NCBI GenBank assembly: GCA_000146045.2 | Contig: BK006947.3 | Location: 288,001 to 352,000 of the forward strand | Source: TPA_inf: Saccharomyces | Taxonomy: Eukaryota | Reading direction: 5' to 3' | DNA: 64,000 bases | Shown: positions 44,597-55,635 of the stretch, piece by piece | How positions within the stretch are numbered: position 1 is the stretch's first letter | Layout of the letters: each line of letters begins with the position of its first letter | Notes under the pieces: model-generated | Databases searched by the model: none | What the model was told of the DNA's origin: nothing | The model's input: only the letters and a program-made list of their open reading frames with translations | Made by a program: the position numbers and the translations under genes

Positions 44597-46867
44597 ATGT
44601 ATAATAGCAGCACCAATCATCATGAGGGTGCACCTACTTCAGGACATGGCTATTATATGTCCCAACAACAAGACCAACAGCATCAACAACAACAACAATA
44701 CGCCAACGAAATGAATCCGTATCAGCAAATTCCTAGACCGCCTGCTGCAGGATTTAGTAGCAACTACATGAAAGAGCAAGGCTCTCATCAATCGTTACAA
44801 GAGCATTTACAACGTGAGACAGGTAACCTTGGCAGCGGTTTTACAGACGTTCCAGCCCTGAATTATCCAGCCACACCACCACCACATAATAATTACGCAG
44901 CTTCAAATCAGATGATCAATACCCCACCGCCGTCGATGGGTGGTCTTTATAGACATAATAATAATTCCCAGAGCATGGTTCAGAACGGTAATGGGAGTGG
45001 GAATGCACAATTACCCCAATTATCACCGGGCCAATATTCTATAGAGTCAGAGTACAATCAAAATTTAAATGGCAGTTCTTCTAGTAGTCCGTTCCACCAA
45101 CCGCAAACGCTACGGAGCAATGGGTCATATTCAAGCGGGTTAAGGAGTGTGAAAAGCTTCCAGAGGTTACAACAAGAACAGGAAAATGTCCAAGTTCAGC
45201 AACAACTTTCCCAAGCACAGCAACAAAATTCCCGGCAACAACAGCAACAACTTCAATACCAGCAGCAGCAACAACAACAACAACAACAGCAACATATGCA
45301 AATACAACAACAACAACAGCAGCAACAACAGCAGCAGCAATCACAATCTCCCGTTCAGAGCGGCTTTAATAATGGTACCATATCAAACTATATGTACTTT
45401 GAAAGACGACCAGATTTGTTGACTAAAGGAACGCAAGATAAAGCAGCAGCTGTAAAGTTGAAGATTGAGAACTTTTACCAATCCTCTGTTAAATACGCCA
45501 TTGAAAGAAATGAAAGAAGAGTGGAGTTAGAAACAGAACTAACTTCTCATAATTGGTCAGAAGAAAGGAAATCTAGGCAATTGAGTTCTTTGGGTAAAAA
45601 AGAGTCACAATTTTTAAGGCTGCGTAGAACGAGATTATCGTTAGAAGATTTCCACACTGTGAAAGTCATTGGAAAAGGGGCATTTGGTGAAGTCAGACTG
45701 GTTCAGAAGAAAGACACCGGAAAAATATATGCAATGAAAACTTTATTAAAATCCGAAATGTACAAAAAGGACCAATTAGCACACGTCAAGGCTGAAAGGG
45801 ATGTTCTGGCTGGAAGTGATTCTCCATGGGTGGTTTCGCTATATTACTCATTCCAAGATGCTCAATACTTATATTTAATCATGGAATTTTTGCCCGGTGG
45901 TGATTTGATGACCATGCTAATCAGGTGGCAACTATTTACAGAGGATGTTACTAGATTTTACATGGCTGAGTGTATTTTGGCCATCGAAACCATTCATAAA
46001 TTAGGATTCATTCACAGAGATATTAAACCAGATAATATTTTGATCGATATTAGAGGTCATATAAAATTATCTGATTTCGGGTTGTCTACGGGGTTCCATA
46101 AAACTCACGACTCAAACTACTATAAAAAGCTTTTGCAACAAGATGAGGCAACTAATGGTATTTCCAAGCCAGGTACTTACAATGCAAATACAACCGATAC
46201 TGCAAATAAAAGGCAAACAATGGTTGTGGATTCTATTAGTCTAACAATGTCAAACAGGCAACAAATTCAGACATGGAGAAAATCACGTCGTTTAATGGCA
46301 TATTCTACCGTAGGTACACCAGATTATATTGCTCCTGAGATATTTTTATACCAAGGTTATGGGCAAGAGTGTGATTGGTGGTCACTTGGAGCAATTATGT
46401 ACGAGTGTCTGATTGGTTGGCCTCCATTCTGTTCCGAAACTCCACAGGAAACGTACAGAAAAATCATGAATTTTGAGCAAACTCTACAATTTCCTGATGA
46501 TATTCATATCTCTTATGAAGCCGAAGATCTAATCCGTCGACTATTAACTCATGCAGACCAAAGACTTGGTAGACATGGTGGTGCAGATGAAATAAAAAGT
46601 CATCCATTTTTTCGCGGTGTTGATTGGAATACAATCAGACAAGTAGAAGCACCGTATATACCAAAGTTGAGCTCCATCACCGATACTAGGTTCTTCCCAA
46701 CCGATGAGTTGGAGAATGTTCCAGATTCCCCAGCTATGGCACAAGCTGCCAAACAAAGGGAACAGATGACAAAGCAAGGTGGAAGTGCGCCAGTCAAGGA
46801 AGATTTACCTTTTATTGGCTACACTTACTCCAGATTTGACTATTTGACAAGAAAAAATGCGTTGTAG
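44597..46867 (+). CDS. CBK1: NDR/LATS-family Ser/Thr kinase (RAM network), 756 aa
   Basis: The motifs [12 protein letters not shown] and DFGLSTG are present. The long activation-segment insert is typical of NDR kinases, and the N-terminal region is polyQ. Confidence 0.9.
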   Translation: MYNSSTNHHEGAPTSGHGYYMSQQQDQQHQQQQQYANEMNPYQQIPRPPAAGFSSNYMKEQGSHQSLQEHLQRETGNLGSGFTDVPALNYPATPPPHNNYAASNQMINTPPPSMGGLYRHNNNSQSMVQNGNGSGNAQLPQLSPGQYSIESEYNQNLNGSSSSSPFHQPQTLRSNGSYSSGLRSVKSFQRLQQEQENVQVQQQLSQAQQQNSRQQQQQLQYQQQQQQQQQQQHMQIQQQQQQQQQQQQSQSPVQSGFNNGTISNYMYFERRPDLLTKGTQDKAAAVKLKIENFYQSSVKYAIERNERRVELETELTSHNWSEERKSRQLSSLGKKESQFLRLRRTRLSLEDFHTVKVIGKGAFGEVRLVQKKDTGKIYAMKTLLKSEMYKKDQLAHVKAERDVLAGSDSPWVVSLYYSFQDAQYLYLIMEFLPGGDLMTMLIRWQLFTEDVTRFYMAECILAIETIHKLGFIHRDIKPDNILIDIRGHIKLSDFGLSTGFHKTHDSNYYKKLLQQDEATNGISKPGTYNANTTDTANKRQTMVVDSISLTMSNRQQIQTWRKSRRLMAYSTVGTPDYIAPEIFLYQGYGQECDWWSLGAIMYECLIGWPPFCSETPQETYRKIMNFEQTLQFPDDIHISYEAEDLIRRLLTHADQRLGRHGGADEIKSHPFFRGVDWNTIRQVEAPYIPKLSSITDTRFFPTDELENVPDSPAMAQAAKQREQMTKQGGSAPVKEDLPFIGYTYSRFDYLTRKNAL
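45232..45340 (+). repeat. CBK1: CAA/CAG (polyglutamine) microsatellite in the CBK1 N-terminal region
   Basis: The translation reads [36 protein letters not shown]. The codons are mixed CAA/CAG. Confidence 0.95.
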
Positions 46868-47818
46868 GGACGCGTTAAGGACATTCCTCTTTATTCAAGT
46901 ATTTATCTATGGATGTAGAACGCACATTATGAATAAATAACTGCACTTTTTTCGGGAAAAAAATTACCAAAATAGACATCAGCTTTATCATATGTCTCCT
47001 TGAAGTATTTGAACGACCACCTTTCCGAAGACAATGTACCTAGTAACCTACAGGCTGCCCTTAATCCATACATCCACGCACAATAGCACAATCTCGGTGA
47101 TGGCTGGTTTTTTTACCTTGAAAAACAAGAAAAATGGCTGATGTAGTTGAAAAAGGTAAAAGAGATGGCAGATCAGGGGACGATTTTGTAGAGGAAGTAT
47201 CTATATATATCGACCATATTGAAAAAAATATGAAATAACATACACACGTGTAAGAATATATAATTTTTGTTATTAACACGTCGTAAAAGAGAAAAGATCG
47301 TGCTTTCATCACGCGCTTCCTCTCGGCCTTTCGAACTATAAATTATAAGATGATCCAGTCTTACAATACTGAATGAAACTCAGGGAAGACGATAGCGGAG
47401 GTTCGACAACCGATCACTGTAAAACCTACACTTTCAAGTTCATTAATCGTCGCTTGAAAGATCGTCATAACCAAATATTGCTAGAAACAAAAGCGTTCGG
47501 GATAGGTCAAACCATGATGAACTAGTTCCACACGCATATCTTAAAGCGTGCTATTTTTTAAAAAGGGCAAATTTAGGAATGTCTGACGGAATCCCTAATC
47601 ATCTTTGGCTTTTCCCTTCACTCCCTTCTTTTACCGACGATGGTTTGAAGGAAAGAGAAAAATGAGCAATAGGAAAATTCAGTAGTCGATTTCCATTTCA
47701 ATTCCCTATTGGGTAATGTGGCGGCGAGGGCTAAACATTCGGTATCATTGATTCAATGTTCTCACAATGTTCAAATTCTCGGATCGGGTATCCCTAATTG
47801 GGATCTCTTTCCAGAGGA

Positions 47819-47823
47819 AGGGG
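47819..47823. promoter_or_regulatory. YGP1: STRE (AGGGG, within GAAGGGGCC) in the YGP1 upstream region, about -725
   Basis: Read directly. A second identical GAAGGGGCC lies at 48108-48116. Confidence 0.55.
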
Positions 47824-48110
47824 CCTTGATGTGGGATTGAAGACACATGAGTTTTTTTCTCACCGTCGAAACTTTTGCTTACCCGTAAAACATCGGCCAT
47901 TCGTTGGTTTATTATGTGACTTTTTTGTGACTTTTTTTTTTGCGAAGTTTTCTCGTCATCCGCGGAAGATCCGGCGGGCGAAAAAGTCTCTCACTTTTAC
48001 CCAATCGGGGCATGTTATGTGGACATGTTATGTGTCCAAGAGACACATGAGCCCAAAAAGGGTACACTGTCTAAATAGTTTACCCTTTACGAATCGAAAC
48101 TTCTCGAAGA

Positions 48111-48115
48111 AGGGG
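48111..48115. promoter_or_regulatory. YGP1: Second STRE (AGGGG, within GAAGGGGCC) at about -435 from YGP1
   Basis: Read directly from the sequence. Confidence 0.55.
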
Positions 48116-48544
48116 CCGAAAATTAGCGCAGAAGTTGACGAAAGTTTATACTTTTCCTAATGGAGAGGCTCAGGAGCTGAAAAGGGATATATTCGTACTC
48201 TATTGCATCTTCAAACTCCGAAGAATCTCAGTAGGGAGTGAAGCCGGCTTCTCGATGCTACAGTTCAACATCGATACTTTGAAGAAAGAAAGCGCCTATT
48301 ATATCTCTTTTACCCTATTAGTAATAATTAGGAAAAAGGGAGAAAAAAGTACCTCACTAAAAAAACCATCATCTCTGAAATATAAAAAGCTTGATAGAGG
48401 GTGACATTTGCTAGAACTTCTGCTGTGTTCTCTTGGGTTATTGCTCTTATTGAATATCCCTTCTATTTCTTTCTTGCTTGTAAAAAATCAGCTCAAAAAA
48501 CATCTACAGGATTAATCGTCAGTTAAGTAATACAGTAATAGAAA

Positions 48545-49609
48545 ATGAAGTTCCAAGTTGTTTTATCTGCCCTTTTGGCATGTTCATCTGCCGTCGTCGC
48601 AAGCCCAATCGAAAACCTATTCAAATACAGGGCTGTTAAGGCATCTCACAGTAAGAATATCAACTCCACTTTGCCGGCCTGGAATGGGTCTAACTCTAGC
48701 AATGTTACCTACGCTAATGGAACAAACAGTACTACCAATACTACTACTGCCGAAAGCAGTCAATTACAAATCATTGTAACAGGTGGTCAAGTACCAATCA
48801 CCAACAGTTCTTTGACCCACACAAACTACACCAGATTATTCAACAGTTCTTCTGCTTTGAACATTACCGAATTGTACAATGTTGCCCGTGTTGTTAACGA
48901 AACGATCCAAGATAAGTCATCCGCCGGTGCCGTTGTTGTTGCCAACGCCAAATCTTTGGAAGCTGTCTCATTCTTCTTCTCTATCATTTTTGACACCGAA
49001 AAGCCTATTGTTGTCACTGAAGATTCCGCTTATGCCATTCCAGTCGCTAACAATAAGAACGCTACCAAACGTGGTGTCTTGTCCGTCACTTCTGACAAAT
49101 TAGTGTACTCCGGTGTCTTCACTCCACCTACTGCTTGTTCTTACGGTGCTGGTTTGCCTGTTGCTATCGTTGATGACCAAGACGAAGTTAAATGGTTCTT
49201 CGATGCTTCTAAGCCAACTTTAATCTCTTCTGACTCGATTATCAGAAAGGAATACAGTAACTTCACTACTCCTTATGGTCTATTAGAAAACGGTGTTCCA
49301 ATTGTTCCAATTGTCTATGACGGTGGTTACTCTTCCAGTTTGATTGACTCCTTGAGTTCTGCCGTTCAAGGTTTGGTTGTTGTTTCTTCTGGTTCTACCA
49401 ACTCAACCTCATCTACTATTGAAAGCACTGAAATCCCAGTCGTATATGCTCAAGCTAACACTCCATTAAACTTTATTGACAACAAAGATGTTCCAAAGAA
49501 CGCTGTGGGTGCTGGTTACCTATCCCCAATTAAGGCCCAAATCTTGTTGTCCATTGCTGCCGTTAATGGTGTCACCTCCAAGTCCGCTCTGGAAAGCATT
49601 TTCCCATGA
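48545..49609 (+). CDS. YGP1: Secreted, heavily N-glycosylated cell-wall glycoprotein (asparaginase-like), 354 aa
   Basis: The signal peptide MKFQVVLSALLACSSAVVAS is followed by many N-x-S/T sequons. Length is 354 aa, and the promoter is long with STRE elements. Confidence 0.85.
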   Translation: MKFQVVLSALLACSSAVVASPIENLFKYRAVKASHSKNINSTLPAWNGSNSSNVTYANGTNSTTNTTTAESSQLQIIVTGGQVPITNSSLTHTNYTRLFNSSSALNITELYNVARVVNETIQDKSSAGAVVVANAKSLEAVSFFFSIIFDTEKPIVVTEDSAYAIPVANNKNATKRGVLSVTSDKLVYSGVFTPPTACSYGAGLPVAIVDDQDEVKWFFDASKPTLISSDSIIRKEYSNFTTPYGLLENGVPIVPIVYDGGYSSSLIDSLSSAVQGLVVVSSGSTNSTSSTIESTEIPVVYAQANTPLNFIDNKDVPKNAVGAGYLSPIKAQILLSIAAVNGVTSKSALESIFP

Positions 49610-50477
49610 ACTGATAGATATTAAATCTAGCGAAGCATAGAGATTCTTTTTTTACCAGTCATCATAACCATTATTTTACAAAATTTCCACGCAACAGCTT
49701 TTATTTTCGTTCGTAATAGGAACCATACTTCCCATTAAAGCAGTATGATTGTTTTATACACCTTTTTATTGTTATTTAAGACATACCCCAAATAATTAAT
49801 TAATTAATTGATGAAAGAATCATATAAATTCTTGGCCATACATATTTTTTTATTATCTTTTGCTACATTGACCATAGGTGAATATCTTCCCGGGGTGACA
49901 CTCCACTGAAGTGGGAAAAAAAGAAAAGTTTTAAAACATTGCTCACCTTAAGTCTCGAAGGTCTAGCATTCACTACCTGTAAGTGTCAAGACCCCACATG
50001 TATACATGGATACAATAAAGAAACAATGTCCGTATAATTTGTATACATTTTACTACAGATAAGGGATCTCACCCCCTTCTTTTGTGTCTAAGTGAAATCT
50101 TCTGATATATTTAGTGTTTTATAGCGTCCATGTTTTAAACTAGAACGGCAAAATAGTAGTTGTTGTAAACGCTTATTTTCGAGACATCAGGTAAAAAGGA
50201 TAGTTAAATCTTACAATCAATGCATGTAGTGAGTGGCGTTTATCAATAGTTTTTAACAATTCCCATTTTGAAAGAAGCCCACAACAACCCTAGTAGTTCG
50301 TTAATATACGTTATGATGGTCAAGTGTCACAGTACGGAAAGCTTGCAAACAGCTCTTACATAGAGGAGTTGCTTCAAAATAAACGTCCTCTGGTGTCAAG
50401 TGTCTCATACAGCGACCACATGCGAAAGAAACTACTACAGATAAGCAAATACACAAATTATAATCGTGGATTCATCA

Positions 50478-51347
50478 TCAGAATACGCCTGGCCCTGTAA
50501 TCCTTTGGCTCACCAACATTCGATGGACACCTTTATATCTTCTAATAACAGTGAATAATAGACACAATACGAAGAAAAACCCAGCGGTAACCATGTAAAC
50601 GGTACCACTTACGCCATAAGCTAAATAGATCAGAATGGTAGAGACTTTGACAAATAGCTCGAAAGCTTTAGCGAACATTAGTCTTATCCAATTTAAGTTG
50701 GGTTCATTGCCATCTCTACTTTTCATAATATGTTTTATCACAGGTGAAGAGTAAAATACAATGATGTTATGAAACTTTCCAAGCAACCCTAATTTACCAG
50801 TATCCTTATATGCTATTAATGTCGTGCCACCAGAACCAAATATCTTGGCAAATTTCCAGTATCCCACGATTTCGATTATAAAATCATTCTCTGAAAAGGT
50901 CATTGAATTGAACCCGCTCCTTAATATGTTGTATACGGAAAATGGGAATAAAATTAGCCCAATAAAGTAATCTAAAATGAATAAATTTCTAAGAAAAGTT
51001 CTGAGAGGGCTCTGCTGCCTTGCTGTGAATGGGGAATCGGCCGTATTGGCGTTGGTGGCTCTTATAGTGTCTGCATTGATTCCTCCATTTCCGTTTGTGG
51101 TTGCATCCATATTAGCTGCTCTATTTATATTTGAAGTAGAACTCATATTCCTCCTAAGGGAGTTAAATATTCCATCGATTGCTTGCTGTACATCCTGCTG
51201 TAGTTCTTGCTGAGATTGCTCGGTTACAGGTGAAGGCTCTCTACTATGCCTCGTTTCCGATTCTTCTAGAAATCGCTGAAACAGATAATCATCATTATCG
51301 TCTCTTTCTGTCCAATTACTGCGGCGATGATTTTGAGGCCTCGCCAT
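50478..51347 (-). CDS. ASI2: Inner-nuclear-membrane Asi complex subunit, 289 aa
   Basis: The 289-aa length fits, with C-terminal transmembrane segments and matching synteny. Confidence 0.65.
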
Positions 51348-51611
51348 TTTTTCTCACTAAATGCTTGTGAGGATGTATGCGTTTGATTCGGTGTCTCTTT
51401 AATCATATTCCCGAATCGACCCTATTTGAAGGTAGAGGGAGTTGTTTCCTCTCACTATTGTTATAAAAGATCATCAATGACGGAAACTAATATGCAATGA
51501 AAAAATGAGAAGTTTACATGAATATGAAGATTAACTGCACAGCAATGTTGTTGACCCTTGGTATTCGCACACACTAAGCCAACATAGGTTCGTTCAATTT
51601 TTAAAAAGAAG

Positions 51612-52208
51612 ATGGTCCGGCCTCAGAATGTTCACTGGTTTATCGCTACAATTGTATTTTTCATCGGATTTGTACACGCTAATACAGAATCAATCTTATA
51701 TAAGGTTCCTCACAACTTTCCCCTCAAAAAACCAAGAGACAGCTCTACTTATGCAAGAGATGTAAACTTGATATCTTCCATATCACTATCGGGAGAAGCA
51801 ATGAGTCAGATCACTATCGAGGCCAATACCACTGACTTGGAGTTGCATAATACTACGTATATTGAACTGGCGGACTTACAGCGAGACGAAACATATCAGA
51901 TTAAAGTGTGTTGGTCAGCAATACATCCAATTTCCATTAATAATCTCCAAACTATCACAATACCACGTTTCACTGAATTTCAGGGAACTAAGTCAGACTA
52001 CGCGAGAATACTAGTGACTTTCCAGGTCTTGTCTGACTCGTATCCTAGTGAGCATGCCATGGTTCCAATACAAGTCTCATTAATCACCACTCGGCTAGGT
52101 ATCCCCGTGGATATTTACCCAACATTAATCGTTATGGTGCTATTAGTAGCAGGGCTTGTTGTTACCCGGGCACCACACGTATTGAACGATCTTTTGCTGA
52201 AATTTTAG
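51612..52208 (+). CDS. PGA1: ER GPI-mannosyltransferase II subunit, 198 aa
   Basis: An N-terminal signal/transmembrane segment and a C-terminal transmembrane segment are present. Length is 198 aa. Confidence 0.65.
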
Positions 52209-52351
52209 TATGGAAGCCTGAGCCCCCTTTGGCTGGATAGCTTGGCCTCATCACAACTAGAACGTAAAAAAGTCCATTAACCATCAAATGCTTCTCATTA
52301 AAGTGGGTATTTTTATCGAAAGAAAGGGACCTGAATATCTAACTCGCCGCT

Positions 52352-52858
52352 ATGTCGAATGAAAACTTATCTCCCAATAGTAGTAACCCAGATTTAACTA
52401 AACTGAATAACGGCGAAAGCGGAACTATTGATACCAGCAAATTCTCGCCCAACGAAATGAAGCTATACAAAATGTACGGAAAGCTGCCATCAAAGAAAGA
52501 TATTTTTAAGCATACCATGCAGAAAAGAAAATATTTCGACAGTGGTGATTACGCTTTGCAGAAAGCTGGCATTCAAAACAATGATCCAATAAACTATGGA
52601 AAGAATAACCTGCCATTAACAAATCCCAGCAAACTACGAGAAGATATAATAAAAAGAAGGATAAGCACTTGTCCGTCAACTGCCTCAACCGCTGGTGTAG
52701 TAGATAATGCGACGTTGATACAAAAGGAGGGAAGTATATCGAGTGGACCACCATCGTCTAATAACGGTACTATTGGAGGTGGTAGTACAAGTTCAACGCC
52801 AGTGGGGAACCACAGCTCTTCGTCGTCCAGTTTGTATACTGAATCACCCATTAGATAA
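52352..52858 (+). CDS. IGO1: Endosulfine/ARPP-19 family PP2A-B55 inhibitor, 168 aa
   Basis: The conserved endosulfine core KYFDSGDYAL, whose serine is the Rim15/Greatwall site, is present. Length is 168 aa. Confidence 0.8.
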   Translation: MSNENLSPNSSNPDLTKLNNGESGTIDTSKFSPNEMKLYKMYGKLPSKKDIFKHTMQKRKYFDSGDYALQKAGIQNNDPINYGKNNLPLTNPSKLREDIIKRRISTCPSTASTAGVVDNATLIQKEGSISSGPPSSNNGTIGGGSTSSTPVGNHSSSSSSLYTESPIR

Positions 52859-53068
52859 ATAGACAACCTGTACTTTTTTATATTTTTTTAGGGAAAGAGA
52901 AGGGTCTCTTATATTTAACGCTTATTATGTGATTTCTCGAAATGTCAAGTGTTACAGCCATATGGCTGACTGTGTTTACGTTAATTAGTTATATATAAAC
53001 GATAAGCCATTCTGATGTTATCTTCTTGTACTTCTAATTAATAATATTTACTCGTCAGAATTTCGACT

Positions 53069-53968
53069 TTAATGAGAATATAGATATCTTCCTAGTTTTC
53101 CAAACATTAGAGAACCAAGGAAATAAAAATCCATGAAATATAAAAATTGGGAACCGTCGATAATATCTTTGTAGCAAGAGATACAACAACCCACCCCAAT
53201 GCAGATGCAGCTCATTAACATGGATATTGAGCCGTCAAAAAACAACCACAGTATAATATTCAGAAGCCCCCATGCCCCTGCCGCCTGCAAAGAGGAGTTC
53301 CACTGTATTTTCCTGATCCCAAATGTGACTCCCAACATGGCATTGATACTTCTAATAACAGAGGTCAAACTGTCATGGTGGACAGAGCTCTTAACAACCT
53401 CTGTTTGAAAAATATTATCCAGAATTGGTACAACAGAACCAAATAACAGTCCTTCAACACCGTAGCCTAACCAGTTTGGCAGAACCCCATTGGATAGCCA
53501 GTTACAAAGTTTGACACCCAGTAGAAGGGGTCTCGATGCAAAATCTGGATGTAAGAGATGATTATCGTGCAAGTTTCTGGACAGTTCATGATATGCGAAA
53601 CCGCTCAATGACAAAATTAATACAGCTTGCAGGTAATGAAGAATATTTTGACGAGTTTGTCTGGTTCTTGACGGAAAGTTTTCGTGAATGGATGATGCTG
53701 ATAAAATCCTTTCCAAATTATTAGAAGATACTGTGTTCCTTGGCAGCGAGCCGCCAACCTTATGGGCCAAGTAAAAAGTCGAATCAATAGTTTGATCTCT
53801 ACTATATTTGGTAGAATCTATAGAGACAGAGCGTTTCAATTCTTCGTAAATTTCGTTATCTTCCGATCTCACGACGTCATCATCATATAATGAATAAAGC
53901 TGCGGTTTAGTCAGAGAGCAGATTGATTCGGTGCTCTTCTTTGGATCCGGTTCTCCTCTATTGGCCAT
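53069..53968 (-). CDS. NSG2: INSIG-homologous ER membrane protein, 299 aa
   Basis: A multi-transmembrane C-terminal half is present. The 299-aa length and synteny fit. Confidence 0.7.
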   Translation of the reverse strand: MANRGEPDPKKSTESICSLTKPQLYSLYDDDVVRSEDNEIYEELKRSVSIDSTKYSRDQTIDSTFYLAHKVGGSLPRNTVSSNNLERILSASSIHENFPSRTRQTRQNILHYLQAVLILSLSGFAYHELSRNLHDNHLLHPDFASRPLLLGVKLCNWLSNGVLPNWLGYGVEGLLFGSVVPILDNIFQTEVVKSSVHHDSLTSVIRSINAMLGVTFGIRKIQWNSSLQAAGAWGLLNIILWLFFDGSISMLMSCICIGVGCCISCYKDIIDGSQFLYFMDFYFLGSLMFGKLGRYLYSH

Positions 53969-54324
53969 TCTGTATGCTGTTTTCTTTGAGAAATACTTTG
54001 TCGTTTATCTTCGTCCTTGTCTTCTTTTTGGTCCTTTGTGTTTGAGTGCTTTCCAAACTTTTTCTTTACCTTTTGCACGCCAACTACTATGCCCTTTATT
54101 GCAAATAAAATAGGTACTACAATAAGCCCTATCATCAATGTTGAGCTGTCAACTAGAAGTTTAAGGAAAAGAACATCTCGAAGTTTAGTAATTTCCTTGC
54201 TTTCATATTTTAAATGTCTAGCTAATTTCGTATCTACCCTTTATCTCATGCCGATAAAAAGAAAAGTTCCCCCCTCGTGGCCAGCGACGTTCGTATATAC
54301 ATAAAACTGCCTCACCCTCCTTTC

Positions 54325-54333
54325 GGTGGCAAA
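54325..54333. promoter_or_regulatory. CUZ1: PACE (Rpn4-binding, GGTGGCAAA) about 185 bp upstream of CUZ1
   Basis: An exact 9-mer match. Confidence 0.7.
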
Positions 54334-54515
54334 AGCATGTTCTACAAATGAGTATAAAGATGTAATAAGAGCTTGTACAAGCAAGGACTCGAGCTAGGGC
54401 GGAAGTGTGACAACAGTGAGCTATAGGCACATTGTAGTGTACATCTACTGCAAGAGCTTGCATTAATTTTGATATAAAAAAAAGGACCATCAACTAATTT
54501 TTGCTATATTTAAGA

Positions 54516-55340
54516 ATGTCGGCGGCTATCGAAAAAGAAACCGGAATGTTGGATGTAGGAAAGCACTGTGCATATTGTAGACAACTAGACTTCCTACCTT
54601 TCCATTGTTCGTTTTGCAATGAAGATTTCTGCTCGAACCATAGACTTAAGGAAGATCACCACTGTAGGTGGTTGCTAGAGCATGAAGAAGTTCATAAAAC
54701 TGAAAAAAGTCCTAGCAAAAGCCGGGATGGCTCAAGTTCTAACGATGAAGCATATTTCAAGAGTCTGTTACCTGAGAGGGCCAGTGTTAGAATCCAGAGA
54801 GTAAGTGAAACAAGAGAGCCTTTGAGAGGTTCTAACACTGCCAAAGTGAGCTCTACTTTGAACTCAAAGACATTAGACAAAATATTTAAGTTCTTCCAAA
54901 GGAATGAGAAAAGAAAGAGCAATAACAAATCAAAAAAGAATTTCGGTTCCTCGTCGAATAAGATAATTCAATTGGCTAATCTCAAGAAAATTGCTAAAGG
55001 TGACCCCAAGATTCCTATGCAAAATAGGATTTACATTTGGTGTTACTTGGTGGATGGTGATGAGACGGATATAGCCAAGGAGGATACAAGAATGCCATTA
55101 TACATTAACAAAATGTGGCCTGTGGGTAGGGCCATGGACTATTTGTCTATCCAGCTAAACGTGAAATCTAGCACACTAACTAATTCAAGTTCTAATGACA
55201 AATTTCAACTATGCAAATTGAAAGAGGGTAAACAAGTTTCATTTTATAATATTGGCGCTTCCTTAAGAGTCACTAATGAGATCAAAGATCTTGATACTCT
55301 GTATTTAGTACACAATAACGCCGACGAAAAATCTAATTAA
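54516..55340 (+). CDS. CUZ1: AN1-type zinc-finger protein with C-terminal ubiquitin-like domain (Cdc48/proteasome-associated), 274 aa
   Basis: The AN1 finger is CAYCRQLDFLPFHCSFCNEDFCSNHRLKEDHHC. The true start is the second Met (MSAAIEKE), giving 274 aa. A PACE element lies upstream. Confidence 0.8.
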   Translation: MSAAIEKETGMLDVGKHCAYCRQLDFLPFHCSFCNEDFCSNHRLKEDHHCRWLLEHEEVHKTEKSPSKSRDGSSSNDEAYFKSLLPERASVRIQRVSETREPLRGSNTAKVSSTLNSKTLDKIFKFFQRNEKRKSNNKSKKNFGSSSNKIIQLANLKKIAKGDPKIPMQNRIYIWCYLVDGDETDIAKEDTRMPLYINKMWPVGRAMDYLSIQLNVKSSTLTNSSSNDKFQLCKLKEGKQVSFYNIGASLRVTNEIKDLDTLYLVHNNADEKSN

Positions 55341-55635
55341 GAAGGACACTATAAATAACAAACAATCGCGCGGAACGTCAAGCGTATATACTATATAAAA
55401 AGAAAACAAAAAAAATCAATAACCCATTAAAGATACATAATCAATAAAAAACGATATTAAAAAGCACGTAAAGTACTTAATATTTTTTTAATAATAGACA
55501 TTTTCGCCCTTACTTTTTAAATAAAAAACATAAAAAAATATCAAATGTACATCAAAATCATAATACTAGAACAAAATGTGAAGATCACTGGACGGTGGTG
55601 GGAATGATTACAAAAAACCTCCTCCGTTTTCTATT

